Source: an uncultured delta proteobacterium (GTDB lineage Bacteria > Desulfobacterota > Desulfobaccia > Desulfobaccales > 0-14-0-80-60-11). Taken from it: a DNA stretch of 64,000 nucleotides. A program made the translations under genes and the position numbers. The notes beneath the pieces were generated by a model, which was not told where the DNA came from, did no database searches, and worked only from the letters and a program-made list of their open reading frames with translations. Shown here in pieces: positions 1-8,432 of the stretch. The first letter of the stretch is position 1, and every line of letters starts with the position of its first letter. Location: positions 480,001 through 544,000 of the forward strand of contig CAWETI010000002.1 in assembly GCA_963812015.1 (NCBI GenBank), given 5' to 3'.

Positions 1-341
1 AGGATCGTCGCAGTCCCCGGGAGAAGAGCGTTGAGAAGCTGAAGGAATCTGTCAGGGCAAAGACCACTCGCCGTCGGCGGGGTAGCCTGGTGGAGGTCAT
101 CCAGGACATCAACCAAGTGCTGATAGGCTGGTTTGAGTATTTCCGGCACAGCACAGAGGCCCAGGTCTTCCAAGATCTGGATGTGTGGGTGGCCGGCAGG
201 TTGCGTAATGTAATGCGCTGGCGGTTTGTCTCAGGAAGAACACGCTGCCAGACTCTCTGGCCGGATGCCCGTTTCAACGACCAAGGGCTCTTTTCCTTAG
301 GTAATGCCCACGACCGGATGGCTTCCAGGGACTGGAACTGA
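1..341 (+). CDS. C-terminal part (maturase/thumb, domain X) of a group II intron-type reverse transcriptase; 5' end lies outside the window
   Basis: Frame is open from base 3: ...KSVEKLKESVRAKTTRRRRGSLVEVIQDINQVLIGWFEYFRHS...LDVWVAGRLR...WPDARFNDQGLFSL, typical of group II intron maturase C-termini. The RT catalytic core is not visible. Confidence 0.8.
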   Translation, partial: DRRSPREKSVEKLKESVRAKTTRRRRGSLVEVIQDINQVLIGWFEYFRHSTEAQVFQDLDVWVAGRLRNVMRWRFVSGRTRCQTLWPDARFNDQGLFSLGNAHDRMASRDWN

Positions 342-1060
342 ACCGGAGTTGATGAGCTGGGAGTTCCTCTGGAGGAACCAGCGATAGTTATCATGATCAT
401 AAGCCCGGCTCCAACTGGGAAAGGTAATCTATTAACCACTAACCTGCTGACCGATATCGGCGGCAGTACTGATCACCAGCAGCCTTGCTCTTCGGCCTTA
501 CCAACCCCGGCGAGGGGTGTTGAAGATGATGAGCAGATGCTGGTCTTGAAAATGATTATCCGGTGCCGCCTCTTCGGGGCTGCCAGAAAATCTACAACCT
601 GGAGGGCTTGAGTTGTGGAGTTGGAGCACGACCACGGCGGCAGTATTGTATGACGCCGACGACTCCACCAAGCCACCAAAGACATGATCACTGGGCTCGG
701 CTTCTTATAACGCCTGTCTGGAGATCATCCGCCCGGAAAACGGGTATCACGGAACTGGATCACCAACAGGATCGACAATTTCAGATCAGCACTGATTCTG
801 GAAGAAGCACTGTTGGGGAAAATGTTAATTCCGGCGACCGGCCTCTTTAGACTGGTCCCGGCGGAGGTTGAACGGACAGTGCCCGAATTTTCCCTCCGAA
901 GACAGACCACAAAAATCCTGGCAACGGGACTGCCACTAGAGCAACACCAGCTCCAGGTGGCAAGATCTCAGTTAAACAGACCGGGGCCGACTTGATGTTG
1001 GTACAAGCCTTGCCGGGCGTGACCGACAAAAAAGAACCCGTTGCCGGTGATGATGTGGTT
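342..1060 (+). ncRNA. putative long structured non-coding RNA downstream of the RT
   Basis: Near-continuous stems by eye (343-419, 444-466, 475-544, 605-674, 713-770, 905-1060). Non-Watson-Crick positions read mostly as G-U on the + strand. No credible ORF. Confidence 0.5.
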
Positions 1061-1175
1061 CATAAATCAAATAAAACAACCGTCATCTGGAAATGACCAG
1101 AAATGATAATCCCAGTTGTACTCCATCTGGCAATATTAAAAGTTGGAAGCTGGCCCGGGCACGAGGAAACTATAG

Positions 1176-1406
1176 ATGGAAGAATATCTCACAGCAAAAG
1201 AATTGAGCAAACGCATAAAGATGGCTGATGGAACTATCCGCAACCTCGTGTGCAAGGGAGTGTTTGTAAAAGGCAAACACTATGTGAAACCGACACCAAG
1301 AAAGTTGTTATTTATTTGGAGTGGAATAGAGGGATGGCTCCATGGCACCAGTGATTGTTGCCCTGAAATGATAGGAGGTAATGGTAATTGTTTGATCAAT
1401 ATATAA
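1176..1406 (+). CDS. excisionase-like helix-turn-helix DNA-binding protein
   Basis: MEEYLTAKELSKRIKMADGTIRNLV HTH pattern, GAGG RBS, directly upstream of the integrase. Confidence 0.7.
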   Translation: MEEYLTAKELSKRIKMADGTIRNLVCKGVFVKGKHYVKPTPRKLLFIWSGIEGWLHGTSDCCPEMIGGNGNCLINI

Positions 1407-1417
1407 AGAGCATTCAT

Positions 1418-1447
1418 TTGACATCGGCCACTGTTTCAAGTTACCAT
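1418..1447 (+). promoter_or_regulatory. candidate sigma70 promoter of the integrase
   Basis: TTGACA-18 nt-TACCAT. Confidence 0.4.
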
Positions 1448-1503
1448 GAACGTGGTGACATCCAAACAAAAGGGAGGTGGTTGGAAAGGCGGAGGGCTTG
1501 TTA

Positions 1504-2760
1504 ATGGAACATGCGCAGATCATCGATTTTCCCAAGGGAAAAGCGGATAACCACCAACCGAAAACCCCAGACCGGCTAAATGCCGGGAAAACCGGCAGGG
1601 TGTACAGCCGGGGAGGCAAGCTCTGGGTAGACTTTTATTATCTGGGCGAACGGGTCCGGGAGCGTTCAGGGCTCGATGACACCCGAGCTAATCGGGAATT
1701 CCTCCGGAAGAGGTTGGACCTTATCGTATCCCAGATTGATAATGGGATCTTTGAATTTGGCAAAAGCTTTTCACACAGCAAAAAGGTGGCGCATTTCACC
1801 AGCCTGGAGGGAAGAACCTTCCGGAAGGACCCGAAGGATATCACCTTCAATAAATATGCGGAGCAATGGTGGACAGAGATGCACCCAGGCATGAGCGCCA
1901 GCCAGGCAAGGGACTACACCAGCATTTTGAAGGTCCATCTCATGCCTTACTTCGGGCAGCTGCCCTTCTGCGAGTTCCGGCCAGTGCTCATGAAGAAATT
2001 TCTGGCCCACCTGCAGACAAAAAGGACGCCTGGGGGAAAGCCCTTGTCTGGCAAGCGCATCCACAATATTTTGATTCCCTTGCGGGTGATCTTTACCGAT
2101 GCATGCGGGGAATACGGCTGGAATGATCTGGCGGACCCTTTTGCTGGGCTCAAGTTACCCAACGTCAAGAAAATTCGCATTCACCCTTTCACCATCGAGG
2201 AGTGGGCTATCCTGATGGAGTTCATCCCGGCGTGGTACAGGCCGTACTTCGAACTGGCGGTGCTGACGGGAATGAGGCCGTCGGAGCAGGTGGCATTAAA
2301 ATGGTCAGCGGTTGACGATCAGTTTATCCACATCGAATTAAGCCGTGTAAGAAACCAGGAAAAGGCTGAGCTGAAAACAGCCGCCAGCAATCGCCGGATT
2401 GAAATCCGGCCATCCATGAAGAAGATCCTGGAGCAGCAAAAAAAGCAAACCGAGGGATTTCAAACTCCCTATGTCTTTATCAATACCGCAGGAAGGCCGA
2501 TCCTCCAGGACAAACTGCGGGAACTGTGGAGACGGACTGTCAGAAGGAGCCAACTGCTTTACCGGAGGATGTATGAGACCCGCCATACCTTTGCTTCCTG
2601 GGCATTGGCGGCGGGGGAGTCCCCGGAGTGGGTGGCCAGGACCCTGGGACACGTAAATACTTCAATGGTCTATAATACCTACGGGCGCTACATCCCCAAC
2701 CTGACCAGACAGGACGGCTCGGCTATCGAAGGTTTATGGGCTGGGGCGAGAGGAGAATAA
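1504..2760 (+). CDS. tyrosine recombinase/phage-type integrase with N-terminal arm-binding domain
   Basis: RGGKLWVDFYYLGERVRE arm domain; catalytic motifs TGMRPSE, KTAASNR, YETRHTF, LGH...Y; GGAGG RBS before ATG 1504. Confidence 0.93.
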   Translation: MEHAQIIDFPKGKADNHQPKTPDRLNAGKTGRVYSRGGKLWVDFYYLGERVRERSGLDDTRANREFLRKRLDLIVSQIDNGIFEFGKSFSHSKKVAHFTSLEGRTFRKDPKDITFNKYAEQWWTEMHPGMSASQARDYTSILKVHLMPYFGQLPFCEFRPVLMKKFLAHLQTKRTPGGKPLSGKRIHNILIPLRVIFTDACGEYGWNDLADPFAGLKLPNVKKIRIHPFTIEEWAILMEFIPAWYRPYFELAVLTGMRPSEQVALKWSAVDDQFIHIELSRVRNQEKAELKTAASNRRIEIRPSMKKILEQQKKQTEGFQTPYVFINTAGRPILQDKLRELWRRTVRRSQLLYRRMYETRHTFASWALAAGESPEWVARTLGHVNTSMVYNTYGRYIPNLTRQDGSAIEGLWAGARGE

Positions 2761-2850
2761 GTCAACCTGGATAGGCACAATTTTAGGCACAATGACCAAA
2801 ATCCGGGTCACTCTAATGAGATAACTACTTTAAATATCTAACTAATTAAT

Positions 2851-2927
2851 TGGTCGGGGCGGCGGGATTTGAACCCGCGGCCTCTTGGTCCCAAACCAAG
2901 CGCGCTACCAGGTTGCGCCACGCCCCG
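2851..2927 (-). tRNA. tRNA-Pro (TGG)
   Basis: CGGGGCGTGGCGCAACCTGGTAGCGCG-CTTGG-TTTGGGA-CCAAG-...GGTTCAAATCC...CCCCGACCA; 77-nt cloverleaf with encoded CCA. Confidence 0.97.
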
Positions 2928-2992
2928 ATGAGGCAGGATGATCGTGCCAACATAATCCGAAAATAAACGTCGGACGCCCCTTTGGGTATACC

Positions 2993-3619
2993 TCAGGAGA
3001 GTTCTTCCGGCAAGGCGGCCAACAGGTTCTTGAAGGCCGCCAGGGCCCGGGCCCGGTGGCTGATCCGGTTCTTGATCTCCGGCCCCAGTTGGGCCATGGT
3101 GGCGCCATACTCCGGCACCCAGAAGACCGGGTCGTAGCCGAAGCCTGTTTCGCCCCGGGGTTCCAAGGCGATACTCCCTGGGCACTCGCCCCGGGCCCGG
3201 AAGAGCCGCCCGTCGGGCAGGGCCAGGGCGATCTCGCAGACGAAGCGGGCGCGCCGCTCACTCCAGGGGACGTCTTTGAGCTCCTCCAGGAGTTTGCCCC
3301 AGTTGTCGGCATCAGTGGGGGTAGCGGGGGAGGTCCGGTCCAGGGCATAGCGGGCCGAGAAGACCCCCGGGGCGCCCCCCAGGGCGTCCACCACCAGACC
3401 GGAGTCGTCGGCCAGGGCGGCGACTCCGGTGAGCCGGGCCACCGCCAGGGCCTTGGCCGCGGCGTTCTCGGCAAAGGTGGCGCCATCTTCCGGGATCTCG
3501 GGGAGGTGGGGATAATCGGCCAGGCTCAGGAGAACGACCCCGGAGTCTTCGAGGAGCGCCTGAAGCTCCCGGACCTTGCCGGGATTGCGGGTGGCCATCA
3601 CCAGGGTAAGGGGAGCCAC
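2993..3619 (-). CDS. rdgB: XTP/dITP diphosphatase (Ham1 family)
   Basis: ATRNPGK, ADDSGL, GFGYDPVF, SHRARA motifs; follows rph. Confidence 0.93.
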   Translation of the reverse strand: MAPLTLVMATRNPGKVRELQALLEDSGVVLLSLADYPHLPEIPEDGATFAENAAAKALAVARLTGVAALADDSGLVVDALGGAPGVFSARYALDRTSPATPTDADNWGKLLEELKDVPWSERRARFVCEIALALPDGRLFRARGECPGSIALEPRGETGFGYDPVFWVPEYGATMAQLGPEIKNRISHRARALAAFKNLLAALPEELS

Positions 3620-4335
3620 GGCGCCAACACCTCTGCCTGAATTCGGGTGAGCTCGCTGATCCCCACCTGGGCCAGCTCCAGCATGCGGGGAAGCTGGGCG
3701 GCGGGGAAGGGCCCACCCTCCCCGGTTAACTGCACCTCCACCAGGTCGCCCTGGCCGGTGGCCACGAAATTAGCGTCCACCTGGGCGTGGGAGTCCTCGT
3801 CGTAATCGAGGTCCAGGAGCAGCCGCTCCCCTAAAAGCCCGACGCTCACCGCGGCCACCTGGTCCCGGACCGGAGAGTCCTCCACCACCCCCCGGCGCCG
3901 GAGCTTCTCCAGGGCTAGGCACAGGGCCACGAAGGCGCCGGTGATGCTGGCGGTGCGGGTGCCGCCGTCGGCCTGGATGACGTCGCAGTCGACGATGACG
4001 GTGCGGGGGCCCAGGGCGACAAGGTCCACCACCGCCCGGAGGGACCGGCCGATGAGGCGCTGAATCTCCAGGGTGCGGCCCCCCACCCGGCCCTTGAGGG
4101 ACTCCCGGTCACCCCGGGGATGGGTGGCTCGGGGCAGCATGGCGTATTCGCCGGTGACCCAGCCGCCCCCGGAAGCAAGGCGGAAGGGCGGCACCACCTC
4201 GCTCACGGTGGCGGCGCAGATGACCCGGGTGCGCCCCCAAGTGATGAGGCAGGAGCCTTCGGCGAAATCCAGATAACCCGGGGTGATGGCTATCTGCCGC
4301 AGTTGATTGAAGTCGCGAGTTTGGGGGCGCCGCAT
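3598..4335 (-). CDS. rph: ribonuclease PH
   Basis: GWVTGEYAMLPRAT, GRTLEIQRLIGRSLR, DCDVIQADGGTRTASITG. Confidence 0.96.
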   Translation of the reverse strand: MRRPQTRDFNQLRQIAITPGYLDFAEGSCLITWGRTRVICAATVSEVVPPFRLASGGGWVTGEYAMLPRATHPRGDRESLKGRVGGRTLEIQRLIGRSLRAVVDLVALGPRTVIVDCDVIQADGGTRTASITGAFVALCLALEKLRRRGVVEDSPVRDQVAAVSVGLLGERLLLDLDYDEDSHAQVDANFVATGQGDLVEVQLTGEGGPFPAAQLPRMLELAQVGISELTRIQAEVLAPWLPLPW

Positions 4336-4346
4336 GGTTCCGGGAT

Positions 4347-4520
4347 TTAGGCCTTAAGAGATTGGCGCAAGGTGTCGATGACCTGGTTAAAGGTGTCGGT
4401 AAAGGACGCCGGGGAGACGCGCCCCACTTCGATGAACTTGACCACGATCTCCTTGGCCACCTTAAGGAGGAGTTCTTCCCGGGGGGTCAGGGGTGGCGGG
4501 GATTCTTTGTCCCGGGCCAT
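4347..4520 (-). CDS. small hypothetical protein (57 aa), not in the ORF track
   Basis: MARDKESPPPLTPREELLLKVAKEIVVKFIEVGRVSPASFTDTFNQVIDTLRQSLKA; AGGGAG RBS; host-like codon usage; ends 11 nt before the rph start. Confidence 0.7.
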   Translation of the reverse strand: MARDKESPPPLTPREELLLKVAKEIVVKFIEVGRVSPASFTDTFNQVIDTLRQSLKA

Positions 4521-4760
4521 GAGTACGGCTCCCTGTGCAGGCGTTTTTTTGGTATAGTGAGTTAGTGAGCAGTAAGCCCTTGGCCGCGGGATCCTCGACG
4601 GCCCATGTGACCACTGCCTCCCTAACCGCTAACTGAAAAATTTCCCCGCCGGCCAGAAGAAGGCCAGTTCAAATGGCCGACGGGCGGGTAAGAAGAACCG
4701 GAACAGCCCTCCTTAAGGCACATGATAAACCAGGGGCACCCGCAAGGCAAGGGGGAATCC

Positions 4761-6509
4761 GTGAGCCGCATCCGCATTCTGGACGCCCAGGTGGCGGCAA
4801 GAATCGCCGCCGGGGAGGTCATCATCCGCCCCGCCGCGGCGGTCAAGGAGCTGGTGGAAAACGCCCTGGACGCCGGGGCCCGCACCATCGCGGTGGCGGT
4901 GGAGGATGGGGGGCGTAAGCTCATCCGGGTGGTGGACGACGGCGGCGGCATGAGCCCCGAAGAAGTGCCCCTGAGCCTGCTGCGCCACGCCACCAGCAAG
5001 CTGAGTGCGGAAACCGACCTGTTGGGCATCACCACCCTGGGGTTTAGGGGCGAGGCCCTGCCGTCCATCGCGGCAGTGAGCCGCCTCACCCTCATCAGCT
5101 GCCCCCCGGGGGCGTCGGGCGGGTTCCGTCTGGTGGCCCAGGCCGGCGAGATCCTTTCAGCTTCCCCCTGGGCCGCGGCGGCGGGCACCCAGGTGGAGGT
5201 GGCGGACCTCTTTTTCAACACCCCGGTCCGGCAGAAATTCCTCAAGAGCAAGGAAGCGGAGCAGGCCCAGATCCTGGAGGTGCTCCGCCACCTGGCCCTG
5301 GGCTACCCGGGGGTCCACTTCACCCTGAGCACCCCGGCCCGGACCTTGCTTAAGGCCCCGGCCGCGGCGAACCTCATGGAGCGGGTGGCGGCGGTCTTCA
5401 GCCCGGAGCTGGCGGCCCACATGCTTCCCCTGTCCCTGGCCCAGGGGGCCTGGCAGGTGACCGGCCTGGTGACCGAGCCGGATTTCACCCTGGCCACCAC
5501 CCGTTTTCAGGTCTTCCTGGTGAACGGCCGGGTGGTGGCCGACCGCATCCTGGGGGGGGTCTTGCGGGAGGTCTACGCCGGGCTTTTGCCCCGGGGCCGG
5601 CACCCGGCGGCGGTGGTGAATCTGACGCTTCCCCCCGAGGCCGTGGATGTCAACGTCCATCCCGCCAAAACCGAGATTCGTTTTCACGAGCGGGGCCGGG
5701 TCTACCCCCTGTTGTTGAGCGCTCTGCGCCAGGGCCTGGGCCCCCTGTATGGGGAGCGCCCCCGGCCCGGGGTGAGCTGGCAGCCGGAGGCGGCCCCCCG
5801 GGTAGCCGAAAGCCCCCTCCCCGACCTGTGGTCCTCCAGGGGAACGGCGCCGGCGGGGGCGGGGCCAACGGTCTTCTTCGGAGGCGAACCGGCGACGATG
5901 CCGACTCCCGGGGCGCACCCCGGTCCCCGGAGCTGGCGGTTCCAAGACCTCACCGTCTTGGGCACCCTGGCCCAGACCTACATCCTGGCCCAGGGGCCCG
6001 ACGGCCTCATCCTCATCGACCAGCACGCGGCCCATGAACGCGTTCTCTACGAGGCCCTCAAGGCCAAAGGGCCGGCCGCGGCGGCCCAGACCCTGCTCTT
6101 TCCCCGGGTGGTGGAAGTGAACCCGGCCCAGGCGGATTGGGTCAACGAACACCTGGACCTCCTGGCCCAGGCGGGCCTGAAGCTCGAGCCCTTCGGAGGG
6201 GCGAGCTTTCTCATCACCGCGGTGCCGGCCTGTCTGGCGGGGGCCGACCTGGAGGCGGTGGTGGCTGAGGCGGTGGAGGCCCTGGCGCCGTGCAAAAGTT
6301 TCACCCATCCCCAGGAGGTGAGGGAGCAGGCCCTCCAGTTCATGGCCTGCCGGGGGGCGGTCAAGGCCGGGGAGACCCTGGCCCCGGAGGCCATCGCCGC
6401 CCTGCTGGTCCAGTTGGATGAGATTCCGGTCTCCTCCCACTGCCCCCATGGGCGGCCCCTCTGGCGCCTCATGAGCTACCACGATATCCGGCAGAGCTTT
6501 CGCCGATAA
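4761..6509 (+). CDS. mutL: DNA mismatch repair endonuclease MutL
   Basis: IAAGEVIIRPAAAVKELVENALDAGA, GFRGEAL, DQHAAHERVLYE, CPHGRP. Confidence 0.96.
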   Translation: MSRIRILDAQVAARIAAGEVIIRPAAAVKELVENALDAGARTIAVAVEDGGRKLIRVVDDGGGMSPEEVPLSLLRHATSKLSAETDLLGITTLGFRGEALPSIAAVSRLTLISCPPGASGGFRLVAQAGEILSASPWAAAAGTQVEVADLFFNTPVRQKFLKSKEAEQAQILEVLRHLALGYPGVHFTLSTPARTLLKAPAAANLMERVAAVFSPELAAHMLPLSLAQGAWQVTGLVTEPDFTLATTRFQVFLVNGRVVADRILGGVLREVYAGLLPRGRHPAAVVNLTLPPEAVDVNVHPAKTEIRFHERGRVYPLLLSALRQGLGPLYGERPRPGVSWQPEAAPRVAESPLPDLWSSRGTAPAGAGPTVFFGGEPATMPTPGAHPGPRSWRFQDLTVLGTLAQTYILAQGPDGLILIDQHAAHERVLYEALKAKGPAAAAQTLLFPRVVEVNPAQADWVNEHLDLLAQAGLKLEPFGGASFLITAVPACLAGADLEAVVAEAVEALAPCKSFTHPQEVREQALQFMACRGAVKAGETLAPEAIAALLVQLDEIPVSSHCPHGRPLWRLMSYHDIRQSFRR

Positions 6510-6656
6510 CAGATTGGGGTAAAAAGGGAAAAAGGGAAAAAAAATGAAAGAAGGTTTCCGGTTCCTGCCTTTTCTTTCCTTTTCGCCGCTTCGCCTTTTC
6601 GCCTTTTCCCCCAAGGAGTATGGCCAGGAGGAGGCTCGGGCCGCTTACATGGTTGA

Positions 6657-7595
6657 ATGGAACTAACCCCTCCCCAATCCGGCCAAAAGCCCCGGGTGGC
6701 GGCCCTGGTGGGCCCCACCGCGGTGGGCAAGACTGCGGTGGCCCTGGAACTGGCGGCGCGCCTGGGCGCCGAGATCGTCAATGCCGACTCCCTCCAGGTC
6801 TACCGGGAACTGGAGATCGGCACCGCCAAGCCCACCCCGGCGGAGCGGGCCCAGGTCACCCACCACCTCATCGACGTGGTGGCCCCCCCGGAGCCTTATG
6901 ACGCGGCCCGCTACTGCCAGGAAGGGCGACAAATCCTGGGCGATCTCCACCGCCGGGGGGTGCCGCCCCTGGTGGTGGGGGGCACCGGCCTCTACCTCAA
7001 GGCCCTGCTTTCGGGCCTGTTTGCCGAGGGCGAACCACCGGCGGGGGTCAGGGACCGGCTGCGCCGGGAGTTGGGGGTCCTGGGGCTGCCCGCCCTTTAT
7101 CAGCGCCTCCTCCACCTGGACCCGGCCACCGCCGCCCGGCTCCATCCCCACGATACCTACCGGATTATCCGGGCCCTGGAGGTGCTGGAGGCCACCGGCC
7201 GGCCGCTGTCGGAATTCATCGCGGCCCACCGTTTTGCCGACGCCCCCTTCACGGTGCTGAAGCTGGGTCTGGCTCTGCCCCGGGAGGAACTCAACCGGCG
7301 CATCGAGCTCCGGGTGGAGGTCATGCTGGCCCAAGGGTGGCTGGAGGAAGTGGCAGGGCTGCTGAGCCGCTACCCTCCGGACTTGAAACCTTTGCAGGCC
7401 CTGGGCTACCGCCACCTCATCAACCACCTCACCGGGCGCTGGAGTTTGGAGGAGGCCCTAACCCTGCTTACCCGGGACACCCGGCGCTACGCCAAGCGCC
7501 AGCTCACCTGGTTTTCGTCCGATCCGGAGATTCGGTGGTTTCACCCTGACCAGATCGAGGCGATGGCCGCGGTGCTGGCCGAGTTTTTCGGGTAA
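6657..7595 (+). CDS. miaA: tRNA dimethylallyltransferase
   Basis: GPTAVGKT, DSLQVYR, GGTGLY, TRRYAKRQLTW. Confidence 0.96.
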   Translation: MELTPPQSGQKPRVAALVGPTAVGKTAVALELAARLGAEIVNADSLQVYRELEIGTAKPTPAERAQVTHHLIDVVAPPEPYDAARYCQEGRQILGDLHRRGVPPLVVGGTGLYLKALLSGLFAEGEPPAGVRDRLRRELGVLGLPALYQRLLHLDPATAARLHPHDTYRIIRALEVLEATGRPLSEFIAAHRFADAPFTVLKLGLALPREELNRRIELRVEVMLAQGWLEEVAGLLSRYPPDLKPLQALGYRHLINHLTGRWSLEEALTLLTRDTRRYAKRQLTWFSSDPEIRWFHPDQIEAMAAVLAEFFG

Positions 7596-7742
7596 TTCTG
7601 GTAAAAGGTGAAAGGCCGGGATTATCTCGTCGCCCATGGGGACATCCTCCTGTTTCACTTCCAGCGCTGAAATCCCTTCGTCCTGAGCATTGCTTTTAAT
7701 GCAACTTTGTGATAAAAGAATAACGGAAGGAGGTGGATAAGA

Positions 7743-8243
7743 ATGTTCGAAGTTGGCCAGTTGGCCGTGTACCCGGCCCACGGGGTTGGGGTGATCGAAT
7801 CGGTCCAAGAACGCGCCGTCTCATCGGGCAATCAGGAGCAATTCTACATCATGCGCCTCCTGGATAGTGATATGATTATCATGATCCCCATCGGCAATGC
7901 CCGGAACATCGGACTCCGAGACATTATCGACCTCCAGGCGGTCACTGAAGTCTACGAAATCCTGAGACACCGACCCTCCCGCCTGAACAACCAGACCTGG
8001 AATCGCCGATACCGGGACTACATGGATAAGATTAAGACCGGCTCCCCGTTCCGGGTGGCGGAAGTTCTGCGGGATCTGACCCTCCTCAAAACGGAAAAGG
8101 ATCTCTCCTTTGGCGAGCGCAAGATGTTGGATACCGCCAAGAACCTCCTGGTTAAGGAACTTTCCCTGGTTAACAACATTAATGCAGACGAAATTGAGGC
8201 AGAACTCCTGGCGTTATTAGAAGCCACCGAAGTCACCGAGTGA
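7743..8243 (+). CDS. carD: CarD family transcriptional regulator
   Basis: VYPAHGVGVI, WNRRYR, LSFGERKML. Confidence 0.92.
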   Translation: MFEVGQLAVYPAHGVGVIESVQERAVSSGNQEQFYIMRLLDSDMIIMIPIGNARNIGLRDIIDLQAVTEVYEILRHRPSRLNNQTWNRRYRDYMDKIKTGSPFRVAEVLRDLTLLKTEKDLSFGERKMLDTAKNLLVKELSLVNNINADEIEAELLALLEATEVTE

Positions 8244-8432
8244 TTTACCTTTTGGAGTATCTCGACTACCAAAGATTGCACCGCCACACCCGTACCTTTA
8301 CTGATGTAACCACGGCAAGGAGTGCCGGGACCATGCTTTCTTACCGACGTCGGCTGCGACCCCTCACGGTGGCGACGTCGGGGGTCTTTCGTCCCGCCTT
8401 TAATTTTTCCTGAGAAAGGAGGTGGAAACTCG

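Larger units (their letters stand above)
1..2850. mobile_element. end of an integrative element/prophage-like island at the 3' end of tRNA-Pro
   Basis: xis-int pair abuts the tRNA 3' end; lower GC than flanking genes; TAGGCACAAT direct repeats at 2772 and 2784. Confidence 0.75.

Noticed and set aside
374..412. Minus-strand GAGCCGG...CTGGTTC resembling group II intron domain V
   Set aside because: It is antisense to the RT and lacks the GNRA loop and AC bulge geometry; the + strand offers a better alternative fold.
393..1029. Short ORFs in the post-RT region
   Set aside because: No recognisable motifs or RBS, and they overlap each other; the stems explain the region better.
2838..3185. 115-aa minus-strand ORF
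   Set aside because: Runs through the tRNA-Pro gene and overlaps rdgB out of frame.
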